Origin: the human T2T-CHM13v2.0 reference genome, Homo sapiens
NCBI RefSeq assembly: GCF_009914755.1
Contig: NC_060943.1
Direction: 5' to 3' (one strand)
Length of the DNA: 64,000 bases
Shown here piece after piece: positions 1 to 13,300 of this stretch (the stretch's first letter is position 1; every line of letters begins with the position of its first letter). The notes beneath the pieces were generated by a model. That model was not told the origin of the DNA. It made no database searches and saw only the letters and a program-made list of their open reading frames with translations. Made by a program: the position numbers and the translations under genes.

Positions 1-176
1 GAGGTCAATGGTAGAATAGGAAATATCTTCCTATAGAAACTAGACAGAATGATTCTCAGAAACTCCTTTGTGATGTGTGCGTTCTACTCACAGAGTTTAA
101 CCTTTCTTTTCATAGAGCAGTTAGGAAACACTCTGTTTGTAAAGTCTGCAAGTGGATATTCAGACATCTTTGAGAC

Positions 177-193
177 TTTCGTTGGAAACGGGA
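177..193 (+). promoter_or_regulatory. CENP-B box (first example; one per 340-bp dimer throughout, at about dimer ATG +128)
   Basis: TTTCGTTGGAAACGGGA matches the 17-bp consensus YTTCGTTGGAARCGGGA. Both AAACGGGA and AAGCGGGA alleles occur along the array (e.g. 518-534, 3910-3926). Confidence 0.97.
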
Positions 194-346
194 TTTCATC
201 ATATTCTGCTAGACAGAAGAATTCCCAGAAACTTCGTTGTGTTGTGTGTTTTCAACTCACAGAGTTCAACGATCCTTTACACAGAGTAGACTTGAAACAC
301 TCTTTTTGTGGAAATGGCAGGGTGGAGATTTCAGCCGCTTTGAGGT

Positions 347-363
347 CAATGGTAGAAAAGGAA
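347..363 (-). promoter_or_regulatory. pJalpha-like site in the A-type (non-CENP-B) monomer, representative copy
   Basis: CAATGGTAGAAAAGGAA (reverse complement TTCCTTTTCTACCATTG) sits at the position homologous to the CENP-B box and resembles the pJalpha motif. Many dimers carry the GAATAGGAA variant instead. Confidence 0.6.
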
Positions 364-3300
364 ATATCTTCGTATAAAAACTAGACAGAGTGATTCTCAG
401 AAACTCCTTTGTGATGTCTGCGTTCAACTCACAGAGTTTAACCTTTCTTTTCATAGAGCAGTTAGGAAACACTCTGTTTGTAAAGTCTGCAAGTGGATAT
501 TCAGACCTCTTTGTGGCCTTCGTTGGAAACGGGATTTCTTCATATTATGCTAGACAGAAGAATTCTCAGTAACTTCCTTGTGTTGTGTGTATTCAACTCA
601 CAGAGTTGAACGATCCTTTACACAGAGCAGACTTGAAACACTCTTTTTGTGGAATTTGCAAGTGGAGATTTCTGCCGCTTTGAGGTCAACGGTAGAAAAG
701 GAAATATCTTCGTATAAAAACTAGACAGAATGATTCTCAGAAACTCCTTTGTGATGTGTGCGTTCAACTCACAGAGTTTAACCTTTCTTTTCATAGAGCA
801 GTTAGGAAACACTCTGTTTGTAATGTCTGCAAGTGGATATTCAGACCTCCTTGAGGCCTTCTTTGGAAACGGGATTTCTTCATATTATGCTAGACAGAAG
901 AATTCTCAGTAACTTCCTTGTGTTGTGTGTATTCAACTCACAGAGTTGAACGATCCTTTACACAGAGCAGACTTGAAACACTCTTTTTGTGGAATTTGCA
1001 AGTGGAGATTTCAGCCGCTTTGAGGTCAATGGTAGAATAGGAAATACCTTCCTATAAAAACTAGACAGAATGATTCTCAGAAACTCCTTTGTGATGTGTG
1101 CGTTCAACTCACAGAGTTTAACCTTTCTTTTCATAGAGCAGTTAGGAAACACTCTGTAAAGTCTGCAAGTGGATATTCAGACCTCCTTGAGGCCTTCGTT
1201 GGAAACGGGATTTCTTCATATTCTGCTATACAGAAGAATTCTCAGAAACTTCCTTGTGTTGTGTGTATTCAACTCACAGAGTTGAACGATCGTTTACACA
1301 GAGCAGACTTGAAACACTCTTTTTGTGGAATTTGTAAGTGGAGATCTCAGCCGCTTTGAGGTCAATGGTAGAAAAGGAAATATCTTCATATAAAAACTAG
1401 ACAGAATGATTCTCAGAAACTCCTTTGTGATGTGTGCGTTCAACTCAGAGTTTAACCTTTCTTTTCATAGAGCAGTTAGGAAACACTCTGTTTGTAAAGT
1501 CTGCAAGTGGATATTCAGACCTCTTTGAGGCCTTCGTTGGAAACGGGATTTCTTCATATTATGCTAGACAGAAGAATTCTCAGTAACTTCCTTGTGTTGT
1601 GTGTATTCAACTCACAGAGTTGAACGATCCTTTACACAGAGTAGACTAGAAACACTCTTTTTGTGGAATTTGCAAGTGGAGATTTCAGCCGCTTTGAGGT
1701 CAATGGTAGAAAAGGAAATATCTTCGTATAAAAACTAGACAGAATGATTCTCAGAAACTCCTTTGTGATGTGTGCGTTCAACTCACAGAGTTTAACCTTT
1801 CTTTTCATAGAGCAGTTAGGAAACACTGTTTGTAAAGTCTGCAAGTGGATATTCAGACATCTTTGAGGCCTTCGTTGGAAACGGGAATTCTTCATGTTCT
1901 GCTAGACAGAAGAATGCTTAGAAACTTCCTTGTGTTGTGTGTTTTCAACTCACAGAGTTGAACGATGCTTTACACAGAGTAGACTTGAAACACTCTTTTT
2001 GTGTAATTTGCAAGTGGAGATTTCAGCCGCTTTGAGGTCAATGGTAGAAAAGGAAATATTTTCGTATAAAAACTAGACAGAATGATTCTCAGAAACTCCT
2101 TTGTGATGTGTGCGTTCAACTCACAGAGTTTAACCTTTCTTTTCATAGAGCGGTTAGGAAACTCTCTGTTTGTAAAGTCTGCAAGTGGATATTCAGACCT
2201 CTTTGAGGCCTTCGTTGGAAACGGGATTTCTTCATATTCTGCTAGAGAGAAGAATTCTCAGTAACTTCATAGTGTTGTGTGTATTCAACTCACAGATTTC
2301 AACGATCCTTTACAAAGAGCAGACTTGAAACACTCTTTTTGTGGAATTTGCAAGTGGAGATTTCAGCCGCTTTGAGGTCAATGGTAGAATAGGAAATATC
2401 TTCCTATAGAAACTAGACAGAATGATTCTCAGAAACTCCTTTGTGATGTGTGCGTTCAACTCACAGAGTTTAACCTTTCTTTTCATAGAGCAGTTAGGAA
2501 ACACTCTGTTTGTAAAGTCTGCAAGTGGATATTCAGACTTCCTTGAGGCCTTCGTTGGAAACGGGATTTCTACATATTATGCTAGACAGAAGAATTCTCA
2601 GTAACTTCCATGTGTTGTGTGTATTCAACTCACAGAGTTGAACGATCCTTTACACAGAGCAGACTTGAAACACTCTTTTTGTGGAATTTGCAAGTGGAGA
2701 TTTCAGCCTCTTTGAGGTCAATGGTAGAATAGGAAATATCTTCCTATAGAAACTAGACAGAATGATTCTGAGAAACTCCTTTGTGATGTGTGCATTCAAC
2801 TCACAAAGTTTATCCTTTCTTTTCATAGAGCAGTTAGGAAACACTCTGTTTGTAAAGTCTGCAAGTGGATATTCAGACCTCCTTGAGGCCTTCGTTGGAA
2901 ACGGGATTTCTTCATATTCTGCTAGACAGAAGAATTCTCAGTAACTTCCTTGTGTTGTGTGTTTTCAACTCACAGAGTTGAACGATCCTTTACACAGAGC
3001 AGACTTGAAACACTCTTTTTGTGGAATTTGCAAGTGGAGATTTCAGCCGCTTTGAGGTCAATGGTAGAATAGGAAATATCTTCCTACAGAAACTAGACAG
3101 AATGATTCTCAGAAACTCCTTTGTGATGTGTGCGTTCAACTCACAGAGTTTAACCTTTCTTTTCATAGAGCAGTTAGGAAACACTCTGTTTGTAAAGTCT
3201 GCAAGTGGATATTCAGACCTCCTTGAGGCCTTCGTTGGAAACTGGATTTCTTCATATTATGCTAGACAGAAGAATTCTCAGTAACTTCCTTGTGTTGTGT

Positions 3301-6300
3301 GTATTCAACTCACAGAGTTGAACGATCCTTTACACAGAGCAGACTTGAAACACTCTTTTTGTGGAATTTGCAAGTGGAGATTTCAGCCGCTTTGAGGTCA
3401 ATGGTAGAATAGGAAATATCTTCCTATAGAAAGTAGACAGAATGATTCTGAGAAACTCCTTTGTGATGTGTGCGTTCAACTCACAGAGTTTAACCTTTCT
3501 TTTCATAGAGCAGTTAGGAAATACTCTGTTTGTAAAGTCTGCAAGTGGATACTCAGACCTCCTTGAGGCCTTCGTTGGAAACGGGATTTCTTCATATTAT
3601 GCTAGACAGAAGAATTCTCAGAAACTTCCTTGTGTTGTGTGTATTCAACTCACAGAGTTGAACGATCCTTTACACAGAGCAGACTTGAAACACTCTTTTT
3701 GTGGAATTTGCAAGTGGAGATTTCAGCCGCTTTGAGTTCAATGGTAGAATAGGAAATATCTTCCTATAGAAGCTAGACAGAATGATTCTCAGAAACTCCT
3801 TTGTGATGTGTGCGTTCAACTCACAGAGTTCAACCTTTCTTTTCATAGAGCAGTTGGGAAAAACTCTGTTTGTAAAATCTGCAAGTGGATATTCAGACTT
3901 CTTTGAGGCCTTCGTTGGAAGCGGGATTTCTTCATATTCTGCTAGACAGAAGAATTCTCAGTAACTTCCTTGTGTTGTGTGTATTCAACTCACAGAGTTG
4001 AACGATCCTTTACACAGAGCAGACTTGAAACACTCTTTTTGTGGAATTTGCAAGTGGAGATTTCAGCCGCTTTGAGGTCAATGGTAGAATAGGAAATATC
4101 TTCCTATAGAAACTAGACAGAATGATTCTCAGAAACTCCTTTGTGATGTGTGCGTTCAACTCACAGAGTTTAACCTTTCTTTTCATAGAGCAGTTAGGAA
4201 ACACTCTCTTTGTAAAGTCTGCAAGTGGATATTCAGACATCATTGAGGCTTTCGTTGGAAACGGGATTTCTTCATATTCTGCTAGAAAGAAGAATTCTCA
4301 GTAACTTCCTTGTGTTGTGTGTATTCAACTCACAGAGTTGAACGATCCTTTACACAGAGCAGACTTGAAACACTCTTTTTGTGGAATTTGCAAGTGGAGA
4401 TTTCAGCCGCTTTGAGGTCAATGGTAGAATAGGAAATATCTTCCTATAGAAACTAGACAGAATGATTCTCAGAAACTCCTTTGTGATGTGTGCGTTCAAC
4501 TCACAGAGTTTAACCTTTCTTTTCATAGAGCAGTTAGGAAACACTCTGTTTGTAAAGTCTGCAAGTGGATATTCAGACCTCCTTGAGGCCTTCGTTGGAA
4601 ACGGGATTTCTTCATATTATGCTAGACACAAGAATTCTCAGTAACTTCCTTGTGTTGTGTGTATTCAACTCACAGAGTTGAACGATCCTTTACACAGAGC
4701 AGACTTGAAACACTCTTTTTGTGGAATTTGCAAGTGGAGATTTCAGCCGCTTTGAGGTCAATGGTAGAATAGGAAATATCTTCCTATAGAAACTAGACAG
4801 AATGATTCTGAGAAACTCCTTTGTGATGTGTGCGTTCAACTCACAGAGTTTAACCTTTCTTTTCATAGAGCAGTTAGGAAACACTCTGTTTGTAAAGTGT
4901 GCAAGTGGATATTCAGACCTCCTTGAGGCCTTCGTTGGAAAGGGGATTTCTTCATATTATGCTAGACAGAAGAATTCTCAGTAACTTCCTTGTGTTGTGT
5001 GAATTCAACTCACAGAGTTGAACGATCCTTTACACAGAGCAGACTTGAAACACTCTTTTTGTGGAATTTGCAGGTGGAGATTTCAGCCGCTTTTTGTTCA
5101 ATGGTAGAATAGGAAATATCTTCCTATAGAAACTAGACAGAATGATTCTCAGAAACTCCTTTGTGATGTGTGCGTTCAACTCACAGAGTTCAACCTTTCT
5201 TTTCATAGAGCAGTTGGGAAACACTCTGTTTGTAAAGTCTGCAAGTGGATATTCAGACTTCTTTGAGGCCTTCGTTGGAAGCGGGATTTCTTCATATTCT
5301 GCTAGACAGAAGAATTCTCAGTAACTTCCTTGTGTTGTGTGTATTCAACTCACAGAGTTGAACGATCCTTTACACAGAGCAGACTTGAAACACTCTTTTT
5401 GTGGAATTTGCAAGTGGAGATTTCAGCCGCTTTGAGGTCAATGGTAGAATAGGAAATACCTTCCTATAGAAACTAGACAGAATGATTCTCAGAACCTCCT
5501 TTGTGATGTGTGCGTTCAACTCACAGAGTTTAACCTTTCTTTTCATAGAGCAGTTAGGAAACACTCTGTTTGTAAAGTCTGCAAGTGGATATTCAGACAT
5601 CTTTGAGGCTTTCGTTGGAAACGGGATTTCTTCATATTCTGCTAGACAGAAGAATTCTCAGAAACTTCGTTGTGTTGTGTGTTTTCAACTCACAGAGTTC
5701 AACGATCCTTTTCACAGAGTAGACTTGAAACACTCTTTTTGTGGAATTGGCAGGGTGGAGATTTCAGCCGCTTTGAGGTCAATGGTAGAAAAGGAAATAT
5801 CTTCGTATGAAAACTAGACAGAGTGATTCTCAGAAACTCCTTTGGGATGTCTGCGTTCAACTCACAGAGTTTAACCTTTCTTTTCATAGAGCAGTTAGGA
5901 AACACTCTGTTTGTAAAGTCTGCAAGTGGATATTCAGACCTCCTTGAGGCCTTCGTTGGAAACGGGATTTCTTCATATTATGCTATACAGAAGAATTCTC
6001 AGAAACTTCCTTGTGTTGTGTGTATTCAACTCACAGAGTTGAACGATCGTTTACACAGAGCAGACTTGAGACACTCTTTTTGTGGAATTTGTAAGTGGAG
6101 ATTTCAGCCGCTTTGAGGTCAATGGTAGAAAAGGAAATATCTTCATATAAAAACTAGACAGAATGATTCTCAGAAACTCCTTTGTGATGTGTGCGTTCAA
6201 CTCACAGAGTTTAACCTTTCTTTTCATAGAGCAGTTAGGAAACACTCTGTTTGTAAAGTCTGCAAGTGGATATTCAGACCTCCTTGAGGGTTCTTTGGAA

Positions 6301-7520
6301 ACGGGATTTCTTCATATTATGCTAGACAGAAGAATTCTCAGTAACTTCCTTGTGTTGTGTGTATTCAACTCACAGAGTTGAACGATCCTTTACACAGAGC
6401 AGACTTGAAACACTCTTTTTGTGGAATTTGCAAGTGGAGATTTCAGCCGCTTTGAGTTCAATGGTAGAATAGGAAATATCTTCCTATAGAAACTAGACAG
6501 AATGATTCTGAGAAACTCCTTTGTGATGTGTGCGTTCAACTCACAGAGTTTAACCTTTCTTTTCATAGAGCAGTTAGGAAACACTCTGTTTGTAAAGTCT
6601 GCAAGTGGATATTCAGACCTCCTTGAGGCCTTCGTTGGAAACGGGATTTCTTCATATTATGCTAGACAGAAGAACTCTCAGTAACTTCCTTGTGTTGTGT
6701 GTATTCAACTCACAGAGTTGAACGATCCTTTACACAGAGCAGACTTGAAACACTCTTTTTGTGGAATTTGCAAGTGGAGATTTCAGCCGCTTTGTGTTCA
6801 ATGGTAGAATAGGAAATATCTTCCTATAGAAACTAGACAGAATGATTCTCAGAAACTCCTTTGTGTTGTGTGCGTTCAACTCACAGAGTTCAACCTTTCT
6901 TTTCATAGAGCAGTTGGGAAACACTCTGTTTGTAAAGTCTGCAAGTGGATATTCAGACTTCTTTGAGGCCTTCGTTGGAAGCGGGATTTCTTCATTTTCT
7001 GCTAGACAGAAGAATTCTCAGTAAATTCCTTGTGTGTGTGTATTCAACACACAGAGTTGAACGATCCTTTACACAGAGCAGACTTGAAACACTCTTTTTG
7101 TGGAATTTGCAAGTGGAGATTTCAGCCGCTTTGAGGTCAATGGTAGAATAGGAAATATCTTCCTATAGAAACTAGACAGAATGATTCTCAGAAACTCCTT
7201 TGTGATGTGTGCGTTCAACTCACAGAGTTTAACCTTTCTTTTCATAGAGCAGTTAGGAAACACTCTGTTTGTAAAGTCTGCAAGTGGATATTCAGACATC
7301 CTTGAGGCTTTCGTTGGAAACGGGATTAATTCATATTCTGCTAGAAAGAAGAATTCTCAGTAACTTCCTTCTGTTGTGTGTATTCAACTCACAGAGTTGA
7401 ACGATCCTTTACACAGAGCAGACTTGAAACACTCTTTTTGTGGAATTTGCAAGTGGAGATTTCAGCCGCTCTGAGGTCAATGGTAGAATAGGAAATATCC
7501 TCCTATAGAAACTAGACAGA

Positions 7521-10500
7521 ATGATTCTCAGAAACTCCTTTGTGATGTGTGCGTTCAACTCAAAGAGTTTAACCTTTCTTTTCATAGAGCAGTTAGGAAA
7601 CACTCTGTTTGTACAGTCTGCAAGTGGATATTCAGACATCTTTGAGGCTTTCGTTGGAAAAGGGATTTCTTCATATTCTGCTAGACAGAAGAATTCTCAG
7701 AAACTTCGTTGTGTTGTGTGTTTTCAACTCACAGAGTTCAACGATCCTTTACACAGAGTAGACTTGAAACACTCTTTTTGTGGAATTGGCAGGGTGGAGA
7801 TTTCAGCCGCTTTGAGGTCAATGGTAGAAAAGGAAATATCTTCGTATAAAAACTAGACAGAGTGATTCTCAGAAACTCCTTCGTGATGTCTGCGTTCAAC
7901 TCACAGAGTTTAACCTTTCTTTTCATAGAGCAGTTAGGAAACACTCTGTTTGTAAAGTCTGCAAGTGGATATTCAGACCTCCTTGAGGCCTTCGTTGGAA
8001 ACGGGAATTCTTCATATTCTGCTATACAGAAGAATTCTCAGAAACTTCCTTGTGTTGTGTGTATTCAACTCACAGAGTTGAACGATCGTTTACACAGAGC
8101 AGACTTGAGACACTCTTTTTTGGAATTTGTAAGTGGAGATTTCAGCCGCTTTGAGGTCAATGGTAGAAAAGGAAATATCTTCACATAAAAACTAGACAGA
8201 ATGATTCTCAGAAACTCCTTTGTGCTGTGTGCGTTCAACTCACAGAGTTTAACCTTTCTTTTCATAGAGCAGTTAGGAAACACTCTGTTTGTTAAGTCTG
8301 CAGGTGGATATTCAGACCTCTTTGAGGCCTTCGTTGGAAAGGGGATTTCTTCATATTATGCTAGACAGAAGAATTCTCAGTAACTTCCTTGTGTTGTGTG
8401 TATTCAACTCACAGAGTTGAACGATCCTTTACACAGAGCAGACTTGAAACACTCTTTTTGTGGAATTTGCAAGTGGAGATTTCAGCCGCTTTGAGGTCAA
8501 TGGTAGAAAAGGAAATATCTTCGTATAAAAACTACACAGAATGATTCTCAGAAACTCCTTTGTGATGTGTGCGTTCAACTCACAGAGTTTAACCTTTCTT
8601 TTCATAGAGCAGTTAGGAAACACTCTGTTTGTAAAGTCTGCAAGTGGATATTCAGACCTCCTTGAGGCCTTCGTTGGAAACGGGATTTCTTCATATTATG
8701 CTAGACAGAAGAATTCTCAGTAACTTCCTTGTGTTGTGTGTATTCAACTCATAAAGTTGAACGATCCTTTACACAGAGCAGACTTGAAACACTCTTTTTG
8801 TGGAATTTGCAAGTGGAGATTTCAGCCGCTTTGAGTTCAATGGTAGCATAGGAAATATCTTCCTATAGAAACTAGACAGAATGATTCTCAGAAACTCCTT
8901 TGTGATGTGTGCGTTCAACTCACAGAGTTCAACCTTTCTTTTCATAGAGCAGTTGGGAAACACTCTGTTAGTAAAGTCTGCTAGTGTATATTCAGACCTC
9001 TTTGAGGCCTTCGTTGGAAGCGGGATTTCTTCATATTCTGCTAGACAGAAGAATTCTCAGTAACTTCCTTGTGTTGTGTGTATTCAACTCACAGAATTGA
9101 ACGATCCTTTACACAGAGCAGACTTCAAACACTCTTTTTGTGGAATTTGCAAGTGGAGATTTCAACCGCTTTGAGGTCAATGGTAGAAAAGGAAATATCT
9201 TCGTATAAAAACTAGACAGAATGATTCTCAGAAACTCCTTTGTGATGTGTGCGTTCAACTCACAGAGTTTAACCTTTCTTTTCATAGAGCAGTTAGGAAA
9301 CACTCTGTTTGTAAAGTCTGCAAGTTGATATTCAGACCTCCTTGAGGCCTTCGTTGGAAACGGGATTTCTTCATATTATGCTAGACAGAAGAATTCTCAG
9401 TAACTTCCTTGTGTTGTGTGTATTCAACTCACAGGGTTGAACGATCCTTTACACAGAGCAGACTTGAAACACTCTTTTTGTGGAATTTGCAAGTGGAGAT
9501 TTCAGCCGCTTTGAGGTCAATGGTAGAAAAGGAAATATCTTCGTATAAAAACTAGACAGAATGATTCTCAGAAACTCCTTTGTGATGTGTGCGTTCAACT
9601 CACAGAGTTTAACCTTTCTTTTCATAGAGCAGTTAGGAAACACTCTGTTTGTAAAGTCTGCAAGTGGATATTCAGACCTCCTTGAGGCCTTCGTTGGAAA
9701 CGGGATTTCTTCATATTATGCTAGACAGAAGAATTGTCAGTAACTTCCTTGTGTTGTGTGTATTCAACTCACAGAGTTGAACGATCCTTTACACAGAGCA
9801 GACTTGAAACACTCTTTTTGTGGAATTTGCAAGTGGAGATTTCAGCCGCTTTGAGTTCAAGGGTAGAATAGGAAATATCTTCCTATAGAAACTAGACAGA
9901 ATGATTCTCAGAAACTCCTTTGTGATGTGTGCGTTCAACTCACAGAGTTCAACCTTTCTTTTCATAGAGCAGTTGGGAAACACTCTGTTTGTAAAGTCTG
10001 CAAGTGGATATTCAGAATTCTTTGAGGCCTTCGTTGGAAGCGGGATTTCTTCATATTCTGCTAGGCAGAAGAATTCTCAGTAACTTCCTTGTGTTGTGTG
10101 TATTCAACTCACAGAATTGAACGATCCTTTACACAGAGCAGACTTGAAACACTCTTTTTGTGGAATTTGCAAGTGGAGATTTCAGCCGCTTTGAGTTCAA
10201 TGGTAGAATAGGAAATATCTTCCTATAGAAACTAGACAGAATGATTCTCAGAAACTCCTTTGTGATGTGTGCGTTCAACTCACAGAGTTTAACCTTTCTT
10301 TTCATAGAGAAGTTAGGAAACACTCTGTTTGTAAAGTCTGCAAGTGGTATTCAGACATCCTTGAGGCTTTCGTTGGAAACGGGATTTCTTCATATTCTGC
10401 TAGAAAGAAGAATTCTCAGTAACTTCCTTGTGTTGTGTGTATTCAACTCACAGAGTTGAATGATCCTTTACACAGAACAGTCTTGAAACACTCTTTTTGT

Positions 10501-13300
10501 GGAATTTGCAAGTGGAGATTTCAGCCGCTTTGAGGTCAATGGTAGAATAGGAAATATCTTCCTATAGAAACTAGACAGAATGATTCTCAGAAACTCCTTT
10601 GTGATGTGTGCGTGCAACTCACAGAGTTTAACCTTTCTTTTCATAGAGCAGTTAGGAAACACTCTGTTTGTAAAGTCTGCAAGTGGATATTCAGACATCT
10701 TTGAGGCTTTCGTTGGAAACGGGATTTTTTCATATTCTGCTAGGTAGAAGAATTCTCAGTAACTTCGTTGTGTTGTGTGTTTTCAACTCACAGAGTTAAA
10801 GGATCATTTACACAGAGTAGACTTGAAACACTCTTTTTGTGGAATTGGCAGGGTGGAGATTTCAGCCGCTTTGAGGTCAATGGTAGAATAGGAAATATCT
10901 TCCTATAGAAACTAGACAGAATGATTCTCAGAAACTCCTTTGTGATGTGTGCGTTCAACTCACAGAGTTTAACCTTTCTTTTCATAGAGCAGTTAGGAAA
11001 CACTCTGTTTGTACAGTCTGCAAGTGGATATTCAGACATCTTTGAGGCTTTCGTTGGAAAAGGGATTTCTTCATATTCTGCTAGACAGAAGAATTCTCAG
11101 AAACTTCGTTGTGTTGTGTGTTTTCAACTCACAGAGTTCAACGATCCTTTACACAGAGTAGACTTGAAACACTCTTTTTGTGGAATTGGCAGGGTGGAGA
11201 TTTCAGCCGCTTTGAGGTCTATGGTAGAAAAGGAAATATCTTCGTATAAAAACTAGACGGAGTGATTCTCAGAAACTCCTTCGTGATGTCTGCGTTCAAC
11301 TCACAGAGTTTAACCTTTCTTTTCATAGAGCAGTTAGGAAACACTCTGTTTGTAAAGTCTGCAAGTGGATATTCAGACCTCCTTGAGGCCTTCGTTGGAA
11401 ACGGGAATTCTTCATATTCTGCTATACAGAAGAATTCTCAGAAACTTCCTTGTGTTGTGTGTATTCAACTCACAGAGTTGAACGATCGTTTACACAGAGC
11501 AGACTTGAGACACTCTTTTTTGGAATTTGTAAGTGGAGATTTCAGCCGCTTTGAGGTCAATGGTAGAAAAGGAAATATCTTCACATAAAAACTAGACAGA
11601 ATGATTCTCAGAAACTCCTTTGTGCTGTGTGCGTTCAACTCACAGAGTTTAACCTTTCTTTTCATAGAGCAGTTAGGAAACACTCTGTTTGTTAAGTCTG
11701 CAGGTGGATATTCAGACCTCTTTGAGGCCTTCTTTGGAAAGGGGATTTCTTCATATTATGCTAGACAGAAGAATTCTCAGTAACTTCCTTGTGTTGTGTG
11801 TATTCAACTCACAGAGTTGAACGATCCTTTACACAGAGCAGACTTGAAACACTCTTTTTGTGGAATTTGCAAGTGGAGATTTCAGCCGCTTTGAGGTCAA
11901 TGGTAGAAAAGGAAATATCTTCGTATAAAAACTACACAGAATGATTCTCAGAAACTCCTTTGTGATGTGTGCGTTCAACTCACAGAGTTTAACCTTTCTT
12001 TTCATAGAGCAGTTAGGAAACACTCTGTTTGTAAAGTCTGCAAGTGGATATTCAGACCTCCTTGAGGCCTTCGTTGGAAACGGGATTTCTTCATATTATG
12101 CTAGACACAAGAATTCTCAGTAACTTCCTTGTGTTGTGTGTATTCAACTCATAAAGTTGAACGATCCTTTACACAGAGCAGACTTGAAACACTCTTTTTG
12201 TGGAATTTGCAAGTGGAGATTTCAGCCGCTTTGAGTTCAATGGTAGAATAGGAAATATCTTCCTATAGAAACTAGACAGAATGATTCTCAGAAACTCCTT
12301 TGTGATGTGTGCGTTCAACTCACAGAGTTCAACCTTTCTTTTCATAGAGCAGTTGGGAAACACTCTGTTAGTAAAGTCTGCTAGTGTATATTCAGACCTC
12401 TTTGAGGCCTTCGTTGGAAGCGGGATTTCTTCATATTCTGCTAGACAGAAGAATTCTCAGTAACTTCCTTGTGTTGTGTGTATTCAACTCACAGAATTGA
12501 ACGATCCTTTACACAGAGCAGACTTCAAACACTCTTTTTGTGGAATTTGCAAGTGGAGATTTCAGCCGCTTTGAGGTCAATGGTAGAAAAGGAAATATCT
12601 TCGTATAAAAACTAGACAGAATGATTCTCAGAAACTCCTTTGTGATGTGTGCGTTCAACTCACAGAGTTTAACCTTTCTTTTCATAGAGCAGTTAGGAAA
12701 CACTCTGTTTGTAAAGTCTGCAAGTTGATATTCAGACCTCCTTGTGGCCTTCGTTGGAAACGGGATTTCTTCATATTATGCTAGACAGAAGAATTCTCAG
12801 TAACTTCCTTGTGTTGTGTGTATTCAACTCACAGAGTTGAACGATCCTTTACACAGAGCAGACTTGAAACACTCTTTTTGTGGAATTTGCAAGTGGAGAT
12901 TTCAGCCGCTTTGAGGTCAATGGTAGAAAAGGAAATATCTTCGTATAAAAACTAGACAGAATGATTCTCAGAAACTCCTTTGTGATGTGTGCGTTCAACT
13001 CACAGAGTTTAACCTTTCTTTTCATAGAGCAGTTAGGAAACACTCTGTTTGTAAAGTCTGCAAGTGGATATTCAGACCTCCTTGAGGCCTTCGTTGGAAA
13101 CGGGATTTCTTCATATTATGCTAGACAGAAGAATTCTCAGTAACTTCCTTGTGTTGTGTGTATTCAACTCACAGAGTTGAACGATCCTTTACACAGAGCA
13201 GACTTGAAACACTCTTTTTGTGGAATTTGCAAGTGGAGATTTCAGCCGCTTTGAGTTCAATGGTAGAATAGGAAATATCTTCCTATAGAAACTAGACAGA
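7521..13300 (+). repeat. Older local duplication: ~7521-9900 repeated at ~10921-13300 (offset 3400 bp, 10 dimers)
   Basis: Shared rare markers at +3400: GTACAG (7611/11011), GGAAAAGGG (7656/11056), TTCGTGATG, 1-bp deletion (~8120/~11520), ACTACAC (8531/11931), ATAAAG (8751/12151), GTTAGTAAAG..CTAGTGT (~8970/~12370), AAGTTGAT (~9322/~12722). Several differences separate the copies. Confidence 0.88.
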
